Source of the DNA: the human T2T-CHM13v2.0 reference genome, Homo sapiens
Length of the DNA stretch: 64,000 bases
Strand: one strand, 5' to 3'
Assembly: GCF_009914755.1 (NCBI RefSeq)
Contig: NC_060938.1
The stretch's first letter is position 1; every line of letters begins with the position of its first letter. The translations under genes and the position numbers were made by a program. This document shows positions 16,945 to 28,652 of this stretch, piece by piece. The notes below the pieces were generated by a model. That model saw only the letters and a program-made list of their open reading frames with translations. It did no database searches and was not told the origin of the DNA.

Positions 16945-18025
16945 CTTTTTGTAACTTGGTAACTTATTTCTTTTATTGCTAATAATATTCAATTCTATGA
17001 ATATGCCATTTTGTTAATCCATTTTCTTACTGAAGAACATCTTGACTGTTTTCTGTTCTTGGTGGTTATGAATTAAGATGCTATAATCATTTGTGAGCAG
17101 GTTTTTGTATAGATGTAAGTTTTCAACTCAACTGGGTAAATAACGTAAGAGTACAGTTCCTGATCATATGGTATATTAGTTTCCTGGGGCTACTAGAAAG
17201 TACCATAAACTGAGTAAATTAAACAACAGAAATTTATTGTATCACAATTCTGGAGGCTAGAAGTGTGAGATCTTAGTGTTAGTGGAGTTCCTTCTAACAG
17301 CAGGAAAAGTCCATTCCATAAAAAATACATTGCATGCCTTCGCCTTAGTGTTAAGTTGTTCATTGCCCATCTTTGGCACTCCTTGGTTTGTGGAGGCATC
17401 ACCCTGAGCCTTCATTTCCACATGGTGTTCTCCCTGTATGCATATATATGTTCAAATATCTCCTTATTGTAAGGATGCCAGTCAATTTAGGGAACCACCC
17501 TGATGGAGTGTGACCTAATTTAGCTAATTACATCTGCAGTGGGACTATCCAAATAAGGCACACTATCTTCCAAAGTGGCTATCCAATTTTGCACTCCCAT
17601 AAGCAATAAATAATAGTGCCAGTATTTGATAGTGTCAGGTTTTTTGGCTTTTAGCCATTCTAATAAGTGTACGGTAGTATCTTATTGTTATTTTTACTTG
17701 CAGTTCACTGATGATATATGGTGTTGGACATTGTTTAATATGCTTACTTACCATCTGTATTTCTTGGTGGGAAAGCTGTAAAATTTTTTTGCCCAGTTTT
17801 AAATTTGGTCATTTGTTTCTTATGGTTGAGGTTTATGAGTTCTTTGTACATTTTAGATACAAGTCCTTTATCAGTTGTATGTTTTGCACTTATTTTCTCC
17901 CAATCTGTGGCATGTCTTTTTATTCTCCTAACAGTTTCTTTCACAAAGCAGAAATTTTTAATTTTAATAAAGTCTAATGTCACTTTTTTTCTTTCACGCA
18001 TCATGGTTTTGTCATTGTATCTAAC
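16945..18025 (-). mobile_element. Old L1M ORF2 3' fragment, interrupted by an MLT1 LTR
   Basis: ORF 17744-18004 (-) reads DFIKIKNFC..ETVRRIKRHATDWEKI, which is L1 ORF2-like. Confidence 0.75.
17172..17562 (-). mobile_element. MaLR LTR (MLT1B/C-like)
   Basis: tattagtttcctggggct...aaacaacagaaatttattg...ttctggaggctagaagt...ctaattacatctgca...ccaaataagg. Confidence 0.82.
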
Positions 18026-19529
18026 ACTGTTAGTTTGTAACTCATTTTTAAGACTGACACTTTGTTTAATCTAGTATGGGCTGTGTCTGGATATTTTGTT
18101 ATTTATCTACTTTACCTTGTATATATTATCCCTAGTGTTTGGTACAAAATAGGCATGCATTAAATATGCATTAAATAAATTAATTACTGAAAGGGATAGT
18201 GGATAAAGAATTGAATAAATAAGCAATTGAAAATGTGTGATTAGGCTCTAGTTTTACTTTTGTATTTTTAGGGCCAAAAATACAAATTTTTTTGCAATAG
18301 CACTTTGTAAAATGCATTGGGAAGCTTGTAGATGTTTGAGTTTGCCTCCCATTTTGTAAATATACTCATGTTTAGTTTTGATCTCCTCTAAATTATTAAA
18401 TCCTTCCAGTTTACAGATATATTCCAGAGAAATTTAATAAATTCTTCCAGATATATAAGCTACTTAGAAATGTATTTCTCATGCATTTTGATGTTTCCTG
18501 ATATATGCAGAATCCTGAAATCTCAAAATATATTAACAATTTTTACAGATGCTAGAATTTTTAACATGTTTTATAATTTTAAAATACTATAAAGTTGATG
18601 AAAATACTATTATTTTCCAATAGATAATGAGTTTTTATACTTGTATGTGTATTTTCCATCTTGGGAATACATTTCATGTAATACAAATGAAAAATATTAC
18701 CGGATACTGCTGAGTAAACAGAAAGACATCAATATGTATTATGAACTCAGTTTGTGAACTTATTAATAGCTGTCATGGTATAGCATAGAAATAAATTGTG
18801 ATTGTTAGTCATTATATTTTAACTAAAGGGCTTCCTGAGTTAACTATTTGTTTCTAAAATTATTAGGACTGCTTCTTTTCTTTTTGAAACCCCAAAGATC
18901 AAATTCATGGGGCATTCTTATCAGTCATTTACTATATGGTTACATTTCTTTTACTATATTTAATACAAGAAACCACAGCCTTGCTCATTTAACTTTTCTT
19001 TCTTTTATGTTTTTCTTCTTTTTGTCAGTCTTAGGCTTTTACATCAATGTGCCGCTGAGAAAAGAAATTGGAAAATTTGTAACCTGACAATGTTTTTGTA
19101 AAATTCTTCTGTTCATCTAATTTTATAAATTATTATAATTATATTTACATTCTTAAGATCTATCACAAATTGAGTCTGTCAGAGTGAAAGAAAAATTTTC
19201 CTCATTTCTAATTATAAATTTAACTTTAACAGGGGCTATAATTTCACTCTTTAATTCTAGCTTATAATAGTATACAATTTCTATAACATTTCCTGACTAC
19301 AGATAAAGTCCAATTTCTCTTTGTAATTATATGTTCATTTAACATAAATTTTCAAGCATTTACACAGGATTATGGAGAAATCAAAGATGCCAAATTTGTC
19401 ATATTCATCATAAGGTGTTTTAGTTACATAAACTATTATGTAACTAAATTGCTTCCTGACAATAGAGTTCATGTAATACACAGGAAGCACATTATTGGAT
19501 TTTTTTTTGTGAATGCACATACAGGAGTT

Positions 19530-20650
19530 CAGTAGAGGAGAAAATATACATAATATGCAATTTTAACACAAAACTACCAATGGGAATACAGTGAAGCAAG
19601 TAATTGTTTTGAACTTAAGGAGATTTTCAGAAAAGGTTGTTATTTGATCAGAGCCGTAATAAATGGGTACAATTTCAAGATATGGAAATGGAAGTGAAAG
19701 AAATGAGTAAAGAAAGGCTTACAGGAAAAACCATGAGGCTGGGACGGGTGGTACATTCATTTCTGCTTATGTACATGAAAAAGGAACATTTTAAAATAAG
19801 ATTGTAAAACTTTATCTAGTTATATTAATACTGATCAATTTGGTTAAACTCAGACAAAATGAGTTTAAATTTTATTGTGGGGATAAATATAAAACTGGAA
19901 ATATCTGAACACAGAATTTGCATTATAAGATGAGTGTTGCAATCAATGGAATCTGGCAATGAAAGCAAAAGTGAATTGAAAATGGAGAATAAAAACAACT
20001 ATTGGGATACTAGGGAAGGAGGTCCTACAATAATAGTTCAGAATAGAATTATAAGTTTGGAACAAGCTAAAGGCAATGAGCATTTAAAAAATAAAACCAC
20101 AAATGTAGAATATTGTCAAGATCTAATCCACTGACTTTTGTGACCACGTCTTTTGTACATAAGGAAGTGAAAGAGTAAAAAAAAAATCTAGAAATTTTGA
20201 ACATACATAATGATAGTATATACAATAAAGAAGGTAGGGGTTGGGATCAAGGGTTTGGTAGATAAGGGAAGTGGCTACAAATGCTAGCAGATTTCCTTGG
20301 CCAAGTTACATTTTAATTTTCTTATTTATTACTTATTACTTCTTAACAGAGCTTTGAGGATTAAATGAGGAGATATCCATTAAGCACTCAGCATGGTGCC
20401 TAAAATAAAATAAGTTCAATAAAGATTATATATTATTTATTATCAATAGTAGTATTGAATAGAGATCAAGCAACATTGCTAACAAGTTTAGCTTTGAATA
20501 TATTAAGTATGATATTTTACAAAAAATTCCAAGTGAATATGTGGAGTAGGAAATTTGATGTTTGCCTTTAAGCTCAAGAGAGACTTTAATCTTTAGATGT
20601 ACATTTAAAAGCCATCAGCATAGAATTAGTAGGTGAAACCATCAAAAGTA
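19530..20650 (-). mobile_element. Decayed L2 (with a short MIR piece near 20345-20425)
   Basis: Antisense L2-like agtttagctttgaatatattaagt...aagccatcagcataga...tgaaaccat. Confidence 0.5.
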
Positions 20651-20849
20651 GAAGTCAATAACATTTCATTATTTAAACATGTTTCTAATCCTGCATTGAT
20701 TTTTCGATATACATGGAAAAATTTAATGAAATTATCAGAAAAACTTCAAATATTAAAATTAATGAAGAAACTCGCTAATTAGATTTTAAAAATTCAATAA
20801 AATGTTAAATTTACCAGGAAGAAAAATTTAAATATTACAATTAATATAA

Positions 20850-22228
20850 AGAACAAAATTCACACACCTATAGTGAACTCATTCTTGACAAAAATGACAA
20901 GAACATACACTGGGAAAAAGACAGTCTCTTCAATAAATGGTGTTGGGAAAACTGGATATCTATATGCAGAAGAATGAAACTAGAACCCTATCTCTCACCA
21001 TATACAAAAATCAAATCAGAATGGATTAAAGTCTTAAATCTAAGACCTCAAACTATAAAACTACTTCAGGAAAACAATGTGGAAACTCTCCAGGACACTG
21101 GCCTGGGCTAGAGATTTTTGAGCAATACCCCACCAACACAGACAACCAAAGCAGAAATGGACAAATGGGATTACATCAAGTTAAAAAGCTTCTGCATAAC
21201 AAAGGAAACAATCAACAAAGCAAAGAGACAACCCACAGAATAATAAGAAATATTTGCAAACTACCTATCTGATAAGGAATTAATTACTAAAATATATAAG
21301 AAGCTGAAACATCTCACTAGGAAAAAATTTAATAATACGATCAAAATATGGGCAAAAGATTTAAATAGACATTTCTCAAAAGAAGACATACAAATGACAG
21401 GCATATGAAATGGTGCTCAACATCACTGATTATCAGAGAAATGCAAATCAAAACTACAATTAGATGTCATCTCTCTCAGTTAAAATGGCTTATATCCAAA
21501 AGACAGGCAATAATAAATGCTAGTGAGGATGTGGAGAAGAGGGAACCCTAGTACACTGTTGGTCAGCATTTAAATTAGTACAATTACTATGGAGAAGGGT
21601 TTGTAAGTTCCTCAAAAAAACTAAAAATTGAGCTGCCGTATGATCCAGCAGTCCTACTGCTGGGTATATACCCAAAAGAAAGGAAATCAATATATTAAGG
21701 AGATATTTGCACTCCTATATTTGTTGCAACACTATTCACAATAGCCAGGAATTAGAAGAAACCTAAGTGTTCATCAAGAGATAAATGGTTAAAGAAAATG
21801 TGGTACATATACACAATGGAGTACTATTCAGCCATTAAAAAATGAGGTCCTGTCATTTAAAACAACATGGATAGAACTGGCGATCATGATGTTACATGAA
21901 ATATGCCAGGCACAGAAAGATAAACATCACGTGTTCTCACTTATTTGTGGGATATAAACATCAAAACAAATGAACTCATGGACATAGCATGTAGAAGAAT
22001 GGTTTCCAGAGGCTAGGAAGGATACTGGCAGGCCTGGGGGCAGGTGGGGATTGTTAATGGGTACAAAAAAATCCAGAAAGAATGAGTAAGTTCTAGTATT
22101 TGATATCACAACGGGGTGACTATAGTCAATAAAAACTTAATTGTACATTTTAAAATAACTAAAAGAGTATAATTGGATTGTTCATAACATAAAGGATAAA
22201 TGTTTGAGGATACCCCATTCACCATGAT
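20850..22228 (+). mobile_element. L1MA-type (about L1MA1-3) ORF2 end and 3'UTR, cut before the poly-A
   Basis: gacagtctcttcaataaatgg...agaaatgcaaatcaaaactacaat...ggattgttcataacataaaggataaatg...gataccccatt. Confidence 0.88.
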
Positions 22229-23225
22229 GTAATCCCATTTGTCAGTTTTTGCTTTCATTGTTTGTGCTGCTGGGTTATTGTTCAAAAAGCTGTAGCCCAG
22301 ACCAATGTCTTGAAGAGTTTCCCCAGTGTATTCCTGAAGTAGTTTCATAGTTTGAGGTCTTAGATTTAAGACTTCAATCCATTTTGATCTGAATATTGTA
22401 TATGGTGAGAGATAGTATTTTAGGTTCATTCTTCTGCATATGGATATCCAGCACCATTTATTAAAGTGACTGTCTTTTCCCCAGTGTATGGTCTCATCAC
22501 TTTTGTCAAAAATGAGTTTACTGTAGGTGTGTGAATTTGTTCCTGTGTTCTGTATTCTGTTCCATTGTTCTATGTGTCTGATTTTATACCAGTCCCATGC
22601 TGTTTTGATTACTATAGCTCTGTAGTATAATTTGAGGTCAGGTAATGTGGTTCCTCCATTTTTGTTCTTTTTGCTTAGGGCAGCTTTGTGTATTCTGGGC
22701 CTTTAGTGGTTCCACATGCATTTCAGGATTTTTTTTTTTGTTTCTGTGAATAATGTCATTGGTATTTTAACAGGAATTGCACTGAATCGTTAGACTCTTT
22801 TGGGTAGTATAAATATATTAACAATATTGATTGAATCCATTAACATGGAATATTTTTCCATTTGTTGATAGGATGTATCACATTGATTAATTTGCATATG
22901 TTGAACCATACTTGCAGTCCAGGGATAGCTCCTATGTGGTCATGATTATTAACTTTCTAATGTATTCTTAAATTCTGATTGCTAGTCTTTTGTTGAGGAT
23001 ATTTGCACCAATTTTCATCATAAATATTGGCCTGCAATTTTCTTTGTTTGATGTGTCTATTTCTATTCTTGCTGACTTCACCCCTTTATCATTACATAGT
23101 GACCTTCTTTGTCTCTTCTTATAGCTTTTTTTCATATAATCTATTTTGTCTGATAAAAACACAGATACTCCTGCATTTTTTTGGTTTCCATTTGCATTGA
23201 ACCTATTTTTCCATTCCTTTATTTC
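22226..23225 (-). mobile_element. L1MA-type ORF2 in antisense, made of three non-contiguous pieces
   Basis: ORF 22106-22429 ([19 protein letters not shown]) and ORF 22968-23162, which joins endonuclease-region and KENCRPI RT-region peptides. Confidence 0.85.
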
Positions 23226-23469
23226 TGCTTAGACGTCATGGGCTACCATCGGCTGACCCATCTTACTGTGATGAAACCTGTTATCTCTTATTGTCTCACT
23301 TGATATGACACATATCAACTAGCTCCCACATTTTACATGGCCAAAAGGGAAAAAAATACTTTAATTTGCAATTTTTTAAGGCTTACACATTTACTTTGCA
23401 TTTAATGCAAAGATAGAGTTTCCAAAAATGTAAGAACATAAGCCTGAGAAACCTGAACAGTTTATGCCT

Positions 23470-23558
23470 GATATATACATATATATAAAATTTTAATTTT
23501 ATATACATATATATGTATATATCATGCATATATAAAGGCATATATATATATATATATA
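23470..23558. repeat. (TA)n-rich simple repeat
   Basis: Visible TA runs. Confidence 0.85.
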
Positions 23559-24669
23559 CCTTGTATTTTTGTTGCTGCTTTTTTAAATACAAAGGGCTGG
23601 GTAATTTTTATTCTTTTACTTACCAGTATCTTCCACAGTGACAAATGCTAGTTGAATTATACTCACAGTAGTTTGAATTCTAATCAAACTAATCAAAATT
23701 AGTTCATCCATTTAAGTAACAATTCTAAAGATGGTGAGGATTTTCCTCTCATTATTAAAATGTTTCTGTCCCAGAAAATGAGAAATGAGTTTCTGGTATT
23801 ATGAAACCTTTTTGTTTCAAGTGTTCTCCTCTATAATTACAGTGATTCATTACATATTTACTTCCATTTGCATTTGTCAGTAAATGGAAGACTTACTGAG
23901 TTATTGTGATATGTGAGTTAACCAAGCCTTAGACATGCATGATAAGTTTATTTTTAATTTACACATTTGTAGGTAACATTCTGTGCATTTCTCCCTCCTA
24001 GTATTTGTAGACACGGTTATGGTATCTACTGGTTCTTATTTAATAAGATAATAACATGATAATTGCTACTTTAACTACTTGGCACAATTTGGCATTTCTG
24101 AGCTATTTATACTATCATTTGGGGGAAATAACAAAAATTTGACTAAAATATGTTTAATTTGCATTTCTCCTTGACATTAAAGAAGGTTATAGTTTTATCT
24201 GTAGTACCTTAGAATATTTTCTTTTTTCTGTTCTCACAAATGAAGTAGACCTTTTTCGATACCTTCCTTTAAAAATGCAAATTAGTTAACAAACAGTAGT
24301 TCAAAAGTTAGATACTGAATCCTTGCTAATCTTTCTATTCTTTGCTCTGGAATATGAAAAAATTTCTCCAAATGGAATTCTGTACTATCTCCCAGCTGCT
24401 TATAAAAATTATGTCTATGCTTCTAAAAGTTCAAAACTATTCTCTTTCTGAAATATCTTTCTAAGTTTTTTAAAGGCTTACACATTTACTTTGCATTTAA
24501 TGAAAAGACTGAGTTTCCAAAAAAGTAAACTTGAGAAACTGTTTAGGTTGAAACTAAAATTTACTTAAAATTCTCTTATTTATTTATTCTCCAGACTAAC
24601 AGGAAATGTTCTGTTAGGCAGAAGGAAAAAAATTAAAAAAAAAAAAAAAACAGAAGTGTATTTATCCAC

Positions 24670-24860
24670 AAAAGTCAAGACAAGAAAGTGTTTTAAGGAG
24701 AATGTTGTCACCTGTGTCCAATACTACTGAGAAATCAAGTAGAAGGTCAATCTTTAATGGCCATGATTTGGCAAAATGGAAGAGTTGTTAGTGACCTTGC
24801 AAAGAGCAGTTTCAGAGGAACAGAAGCATAATCAGAGTGAGTGAGAAGAAATAAGTGAAT
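24670..24860 (-). mobile_element. L2 fragment
   Basis: gaaagtgttttaaggag...gatttggcaa...tagtgaccttgcaaagagcagtttcag. Confidence 0.6.
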
Positions 24861-26589
24861 CACTGAATACAGACAGTCCCTTGGGTCAGTGGAGCAAGTG
24901 GAGTCAAGGGAGTTTGCTTTTGTTTTTGTTTTCTTTGTTTATTTGCTTGCTTGTTTTAATAAAAGACAAGCCAAAATCGGCTCTAGTTTTGGATCATATG
25001 TGCCATCCTTGTCTGTATCACACTGAAAAGAACACAAGGACCTCAAAGAAATTGGTTGCAACTGGACTCTGCTGTTAAATCTGTCATCTTAATTATGATA
25101 CATTAATTATAATGATTATATATTATAATTATGTATTATGATTATTAATTATGTATTATGATTAATTAATTGTATCTTAATTATGATACATTCCCTTAAT
25201 CTCATGTAAAATGACAGGGTTAAATGTCTATATTCAACATTTAATGAACCTCCACATTGACATCATTTGAGATTTTGAAATTAGATGTGCCAACTCACAA
25301 CTCTGTCAGTTACTTTATTTTACTAAATCTCAAGAGGTTTCAAGACCTTTGCTGAAGTGAGGCAGGAGGTAAGAGAATGGAAGTTTTGAGAAAAAACCAT
25401 TTTATATAAGACTGATGTAAATAGGTTTCCTCAAGTGAACTTTCGGGTTAAAGGATGTAAACACTAGGGCTACTGAATACAGATGGCAAATTACTCACTC
25501 AAAATAATGAACACTTTGCTTGGCAACATGTAGTGAATGAATCTCTTTAAATCATATAATAGTTAATACAGATTATAATTATCAAAATGTGTTTTAATAG
25601 CAACAACATGTTTTTCCTCTATGAACTTATGTATGTTTGATTACTAGTGTGGCTGATATTTTTCTGTACATGAACCATCTATTGTCCTCCATGTAAAAAT
25701 TAAAGATTCATATTATTTGTCCATTCCTTTAGGGTTTTAACATTTTCCTTACTTATTTAATGAGGTCTTAATATGCAAAGGCTATTTGCTGAGCTGTCCT
25801 CTCAAATTGGTTTGAGATAATTAGCTATTAACAATGGGCTGTTGCTTTTAATGAATAGGTACTCATTAAGATGATGTACAAGCACCATACAATGTTTCTT
25901 CTACAAAACAGAGAAATTTCTTTCAGATCTGAAAAATAAGAAAAATTGTGCAGCCTCTGAATGGTCGATATATTTTTATCTACTGGATATGAATACTGAA
26001 GCAGATTGATTACTCTCATTTCTTTAAGAAGCTAAGAGTTTAACTTATGGACTGTCATTAGTTATTGCATAGAATATTATGGTATTTTTCTTCTGATTCT
26101 ATTTTTAGGATTAGCATATTTTCCATTAACTTCAACCTTTCAATTTGCTACTCATTATCTGTTGTAATAATATGCATATTTCTATAAGTCATCTCCAATC
26201 CTGTTTTGAAGCAATGAAGGGTATAACAAAAACTGTAATAAACTAAACAAACCATTTAATAACTTTATTCACTAGTTACTGCTGAAACTTTTTCTCATTT
26301 AAATTTTTTTTTTAAATCTTATAATGAGTTATATTTCAGGTATCAGTTTTGCTCTATGATATTTTCCATTCTTTTTTAAGCTTAGAAAGTACAATAAATC
26401 AAATGAGCCCTGACCATTTAACTTGCATAGATAAAAAGATGAGAGAATACAAAATGGGCCTAAGGTTTTTCCATTCTGTACTGCCTTTCTACTTGCAGTA
26501 ACTTAAAATATGCCTAGATCATAAGACTCTTGAACTTTACTCCATATGAATGCACAGTGTCTTTGAAATCGTGGGATTTGGCAGTTAAT

Positions 26590-26860
26590 GAAAACATGGT
26601 TATAAGTAATGAAAAACCCAATCAATATCAGCCTAGACAAATAGATTTTTTTCTCCACCTAAAATAACTGAGTATTTGACATCTTTGTGAAATTTTTTGG
26701 CCTTTCCCTCATAGCTGCAAGATGGTTGTTGCCACATCTCCAAATATAAAATCTACATTCCAGAAAGGAATAAGTAGAGTGACAGAGTAGTACCAGCAGT
26801 CTTCTGCTTGAATCTCAATGGACAGAACTCTTTTACATGGTCACCTTGAGCTAAGAGACA
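26590..26860 (-). mobile_element. Old MaLR/ERVL LTR remnant (MLT1K/L- or LTR33-like)
   Basis: cctcatagctgcaagatggttg and ccagcagtcttctgctt...tcaatggacagaact...acatggtcacc. Confidence 0.45.
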
Positions 26861-27317
26861 AGTGCTGTCTTCTTTAGTCACATAGTGGAGTTGAGTGCGA
26901 CAAAGCAGGGATGCTAATGAGAGTCAAATGATTATTCTTTAATATTTGTATGTGAAACCACTTTCTAAATCTAAGTTAATTACCCCTTCTCAATCAGATT
27001 ATAAACTCATTTAGGATTGGTTCTATTCCTTTTTGTTTTTCTCTGTAAGAATATCTAGCAAAACGCATAGAATTAATATTTTTAAATTATCTATTTAAAT
27101 TTTCAGGATAAAAATAACTACATTATTGGTTTTTGTTAAGTCTACACTCTAATAGGGAGTCATAACCTAATTTTATAAAATCTCTTCATGGTAGTTGTGT
27201 TTGCTACCTGCATTATAACCACAAAATTATTTCCCTCAATAGATGAGAATGGGGTCATATCTAGGTCCCAAACCAAGCTTATTGTTTTAGAGCTGTGTAG
27301 AAAATTAGATTACCGGT

Positions 27318-28652
27318 TGCATTAGTTTCCATTGCTTAGTAACAAATTACTCCAATTTACCAGCTTAAAATAACACCAATTTATTATCTCAGTTTCTATG
27401 GGCCAGGACTCTGGATATGAATAGCTAGGTCCTCTGCTCTGGGTCTTACTGTGCTGAAATCAAGGTGTCAGGCAGGGCTATAACCCCATCTTGTTATAGT
27501 ACCCTGGACCTCTAGTTTTTTGGCTCTCGTGTAGATATTAGCACTAAGCCAAAGAAATGTTTCTCAGGCAAGGCTTAATAGGCATACGGCTGGAGCAATG
27601 CAAGAGAGCAGCATTACAGGAAAGGGATCCCGGTGCTAGCTCCCGGAAAGGCTAGGCTCTTGTCATTTTAAGGAAGCTGAGGCGGGGGAAAAGAGCCACA
27701 TGTGCATGTTTACGTGGGTTCTTCTCTGTGCCTGTGTTGTGAGGCTTCACGCCCTAAAGTGCGTCCCATGCACAGAAAAAGGATAACGCCTAGGGTGGAT
27801 AAAGCCCCGCCTTAGGTGGGCTCAGTATTACAATAAGATTATAATGAGAAGAAAGTCAGTCCTGGAGTTCTCGTCGCCTGCCAGCCAGATCTGGTCAGGT
27901 TTTTATCAGGAAAACCAGAGTCCCGATTCAGCAACCTGGAAGACATTACTCAAGGAGATTAACGGTTAGGTTCTTCCTTTTATAGTTAGAAATTCGGCTT
28001 GGTCAGCTAAGTTGGGAAGGCGGCTTTCTGCTACGTGGCTTAGGTCAGCTTAAGAGAGGCAAGAAGGTAGGGCAGAGAATATGCCCGGACATGTGAGACC
28101 TACTGGGATTCTGATCATCATGTCTCTTGTCTGCCAGGACCGACTCTTATCCCTACAGTGTTACTGGATGTTGGTAGAATTCCGCTACTTTTTGGTAGAA
28201 TTCCATTCCTTGTAGTCATAGCTCTAAAGTTCCAGTGTTGTTGCTGGCTGTTGAGCAGAAACCAAACATCCATCCTTGCCACATGGTCTGCTCTTGAAGA
28301 AGAAATTCACTTCTTCCAGGACAGAAGTAGCACATCTCTCCTGCTTTTGTGCATCATCTCTCATTTTTGGAATCCCTCCACTGCTTCTAGTCTCCTTTTA
28401 AATGGCTAATTTGATTACCTCAGCTCCACTCAGGATAATCTCCCTTTTTAGTAAATTATAGTCAACTGATTAGAAGTCTTAATTACATCTGCAAAATCCG
28501 TTCTCCCTTGGCAGATAACTGAATCACGGAGTGTATCCTACCTGTGGTATCCTATTCAGAGACCTGATTCACACTGAAAGGCAGTGAGTTATACATGAGC
28601 ACTAGAGGCTGGCACCATAATTGTGGGTGCCCTCTTAGAATTCTGCCTAATA
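27318..28652 (-). mobile_element. MaLR MLT1 LTR (about MLT1E-like) split by a nested LTR (parts 27318-27491 and 28158-28652)
   Basis: gtaacaaattactcc...gcttaaaataacac...gctgaaatcaaggtgtc, resuming ttggtagaattccattccttg...caggataatctccct...cttaattacatctgcaaaatcc...cttagaattctgcc. Confidence 0.8.
27492..28157 (-). mobile_element. Solo ERV LTR, family unassigned (ERVL-like by appearance)
   Basis: A 666-bp GC/CpG-richer block with TGT...ACA termini that interrupts MLT1. It has a GC box (ccccgcc) near 27805. Orientation is tentative. Confidence 0.65.

Noticed and set aside
23372-25192. Spaced direct repeats as a CRISPR-like array
   Set aside because: There are only two copies of each repeat, no regular spacers, and the context is eukaryotic.
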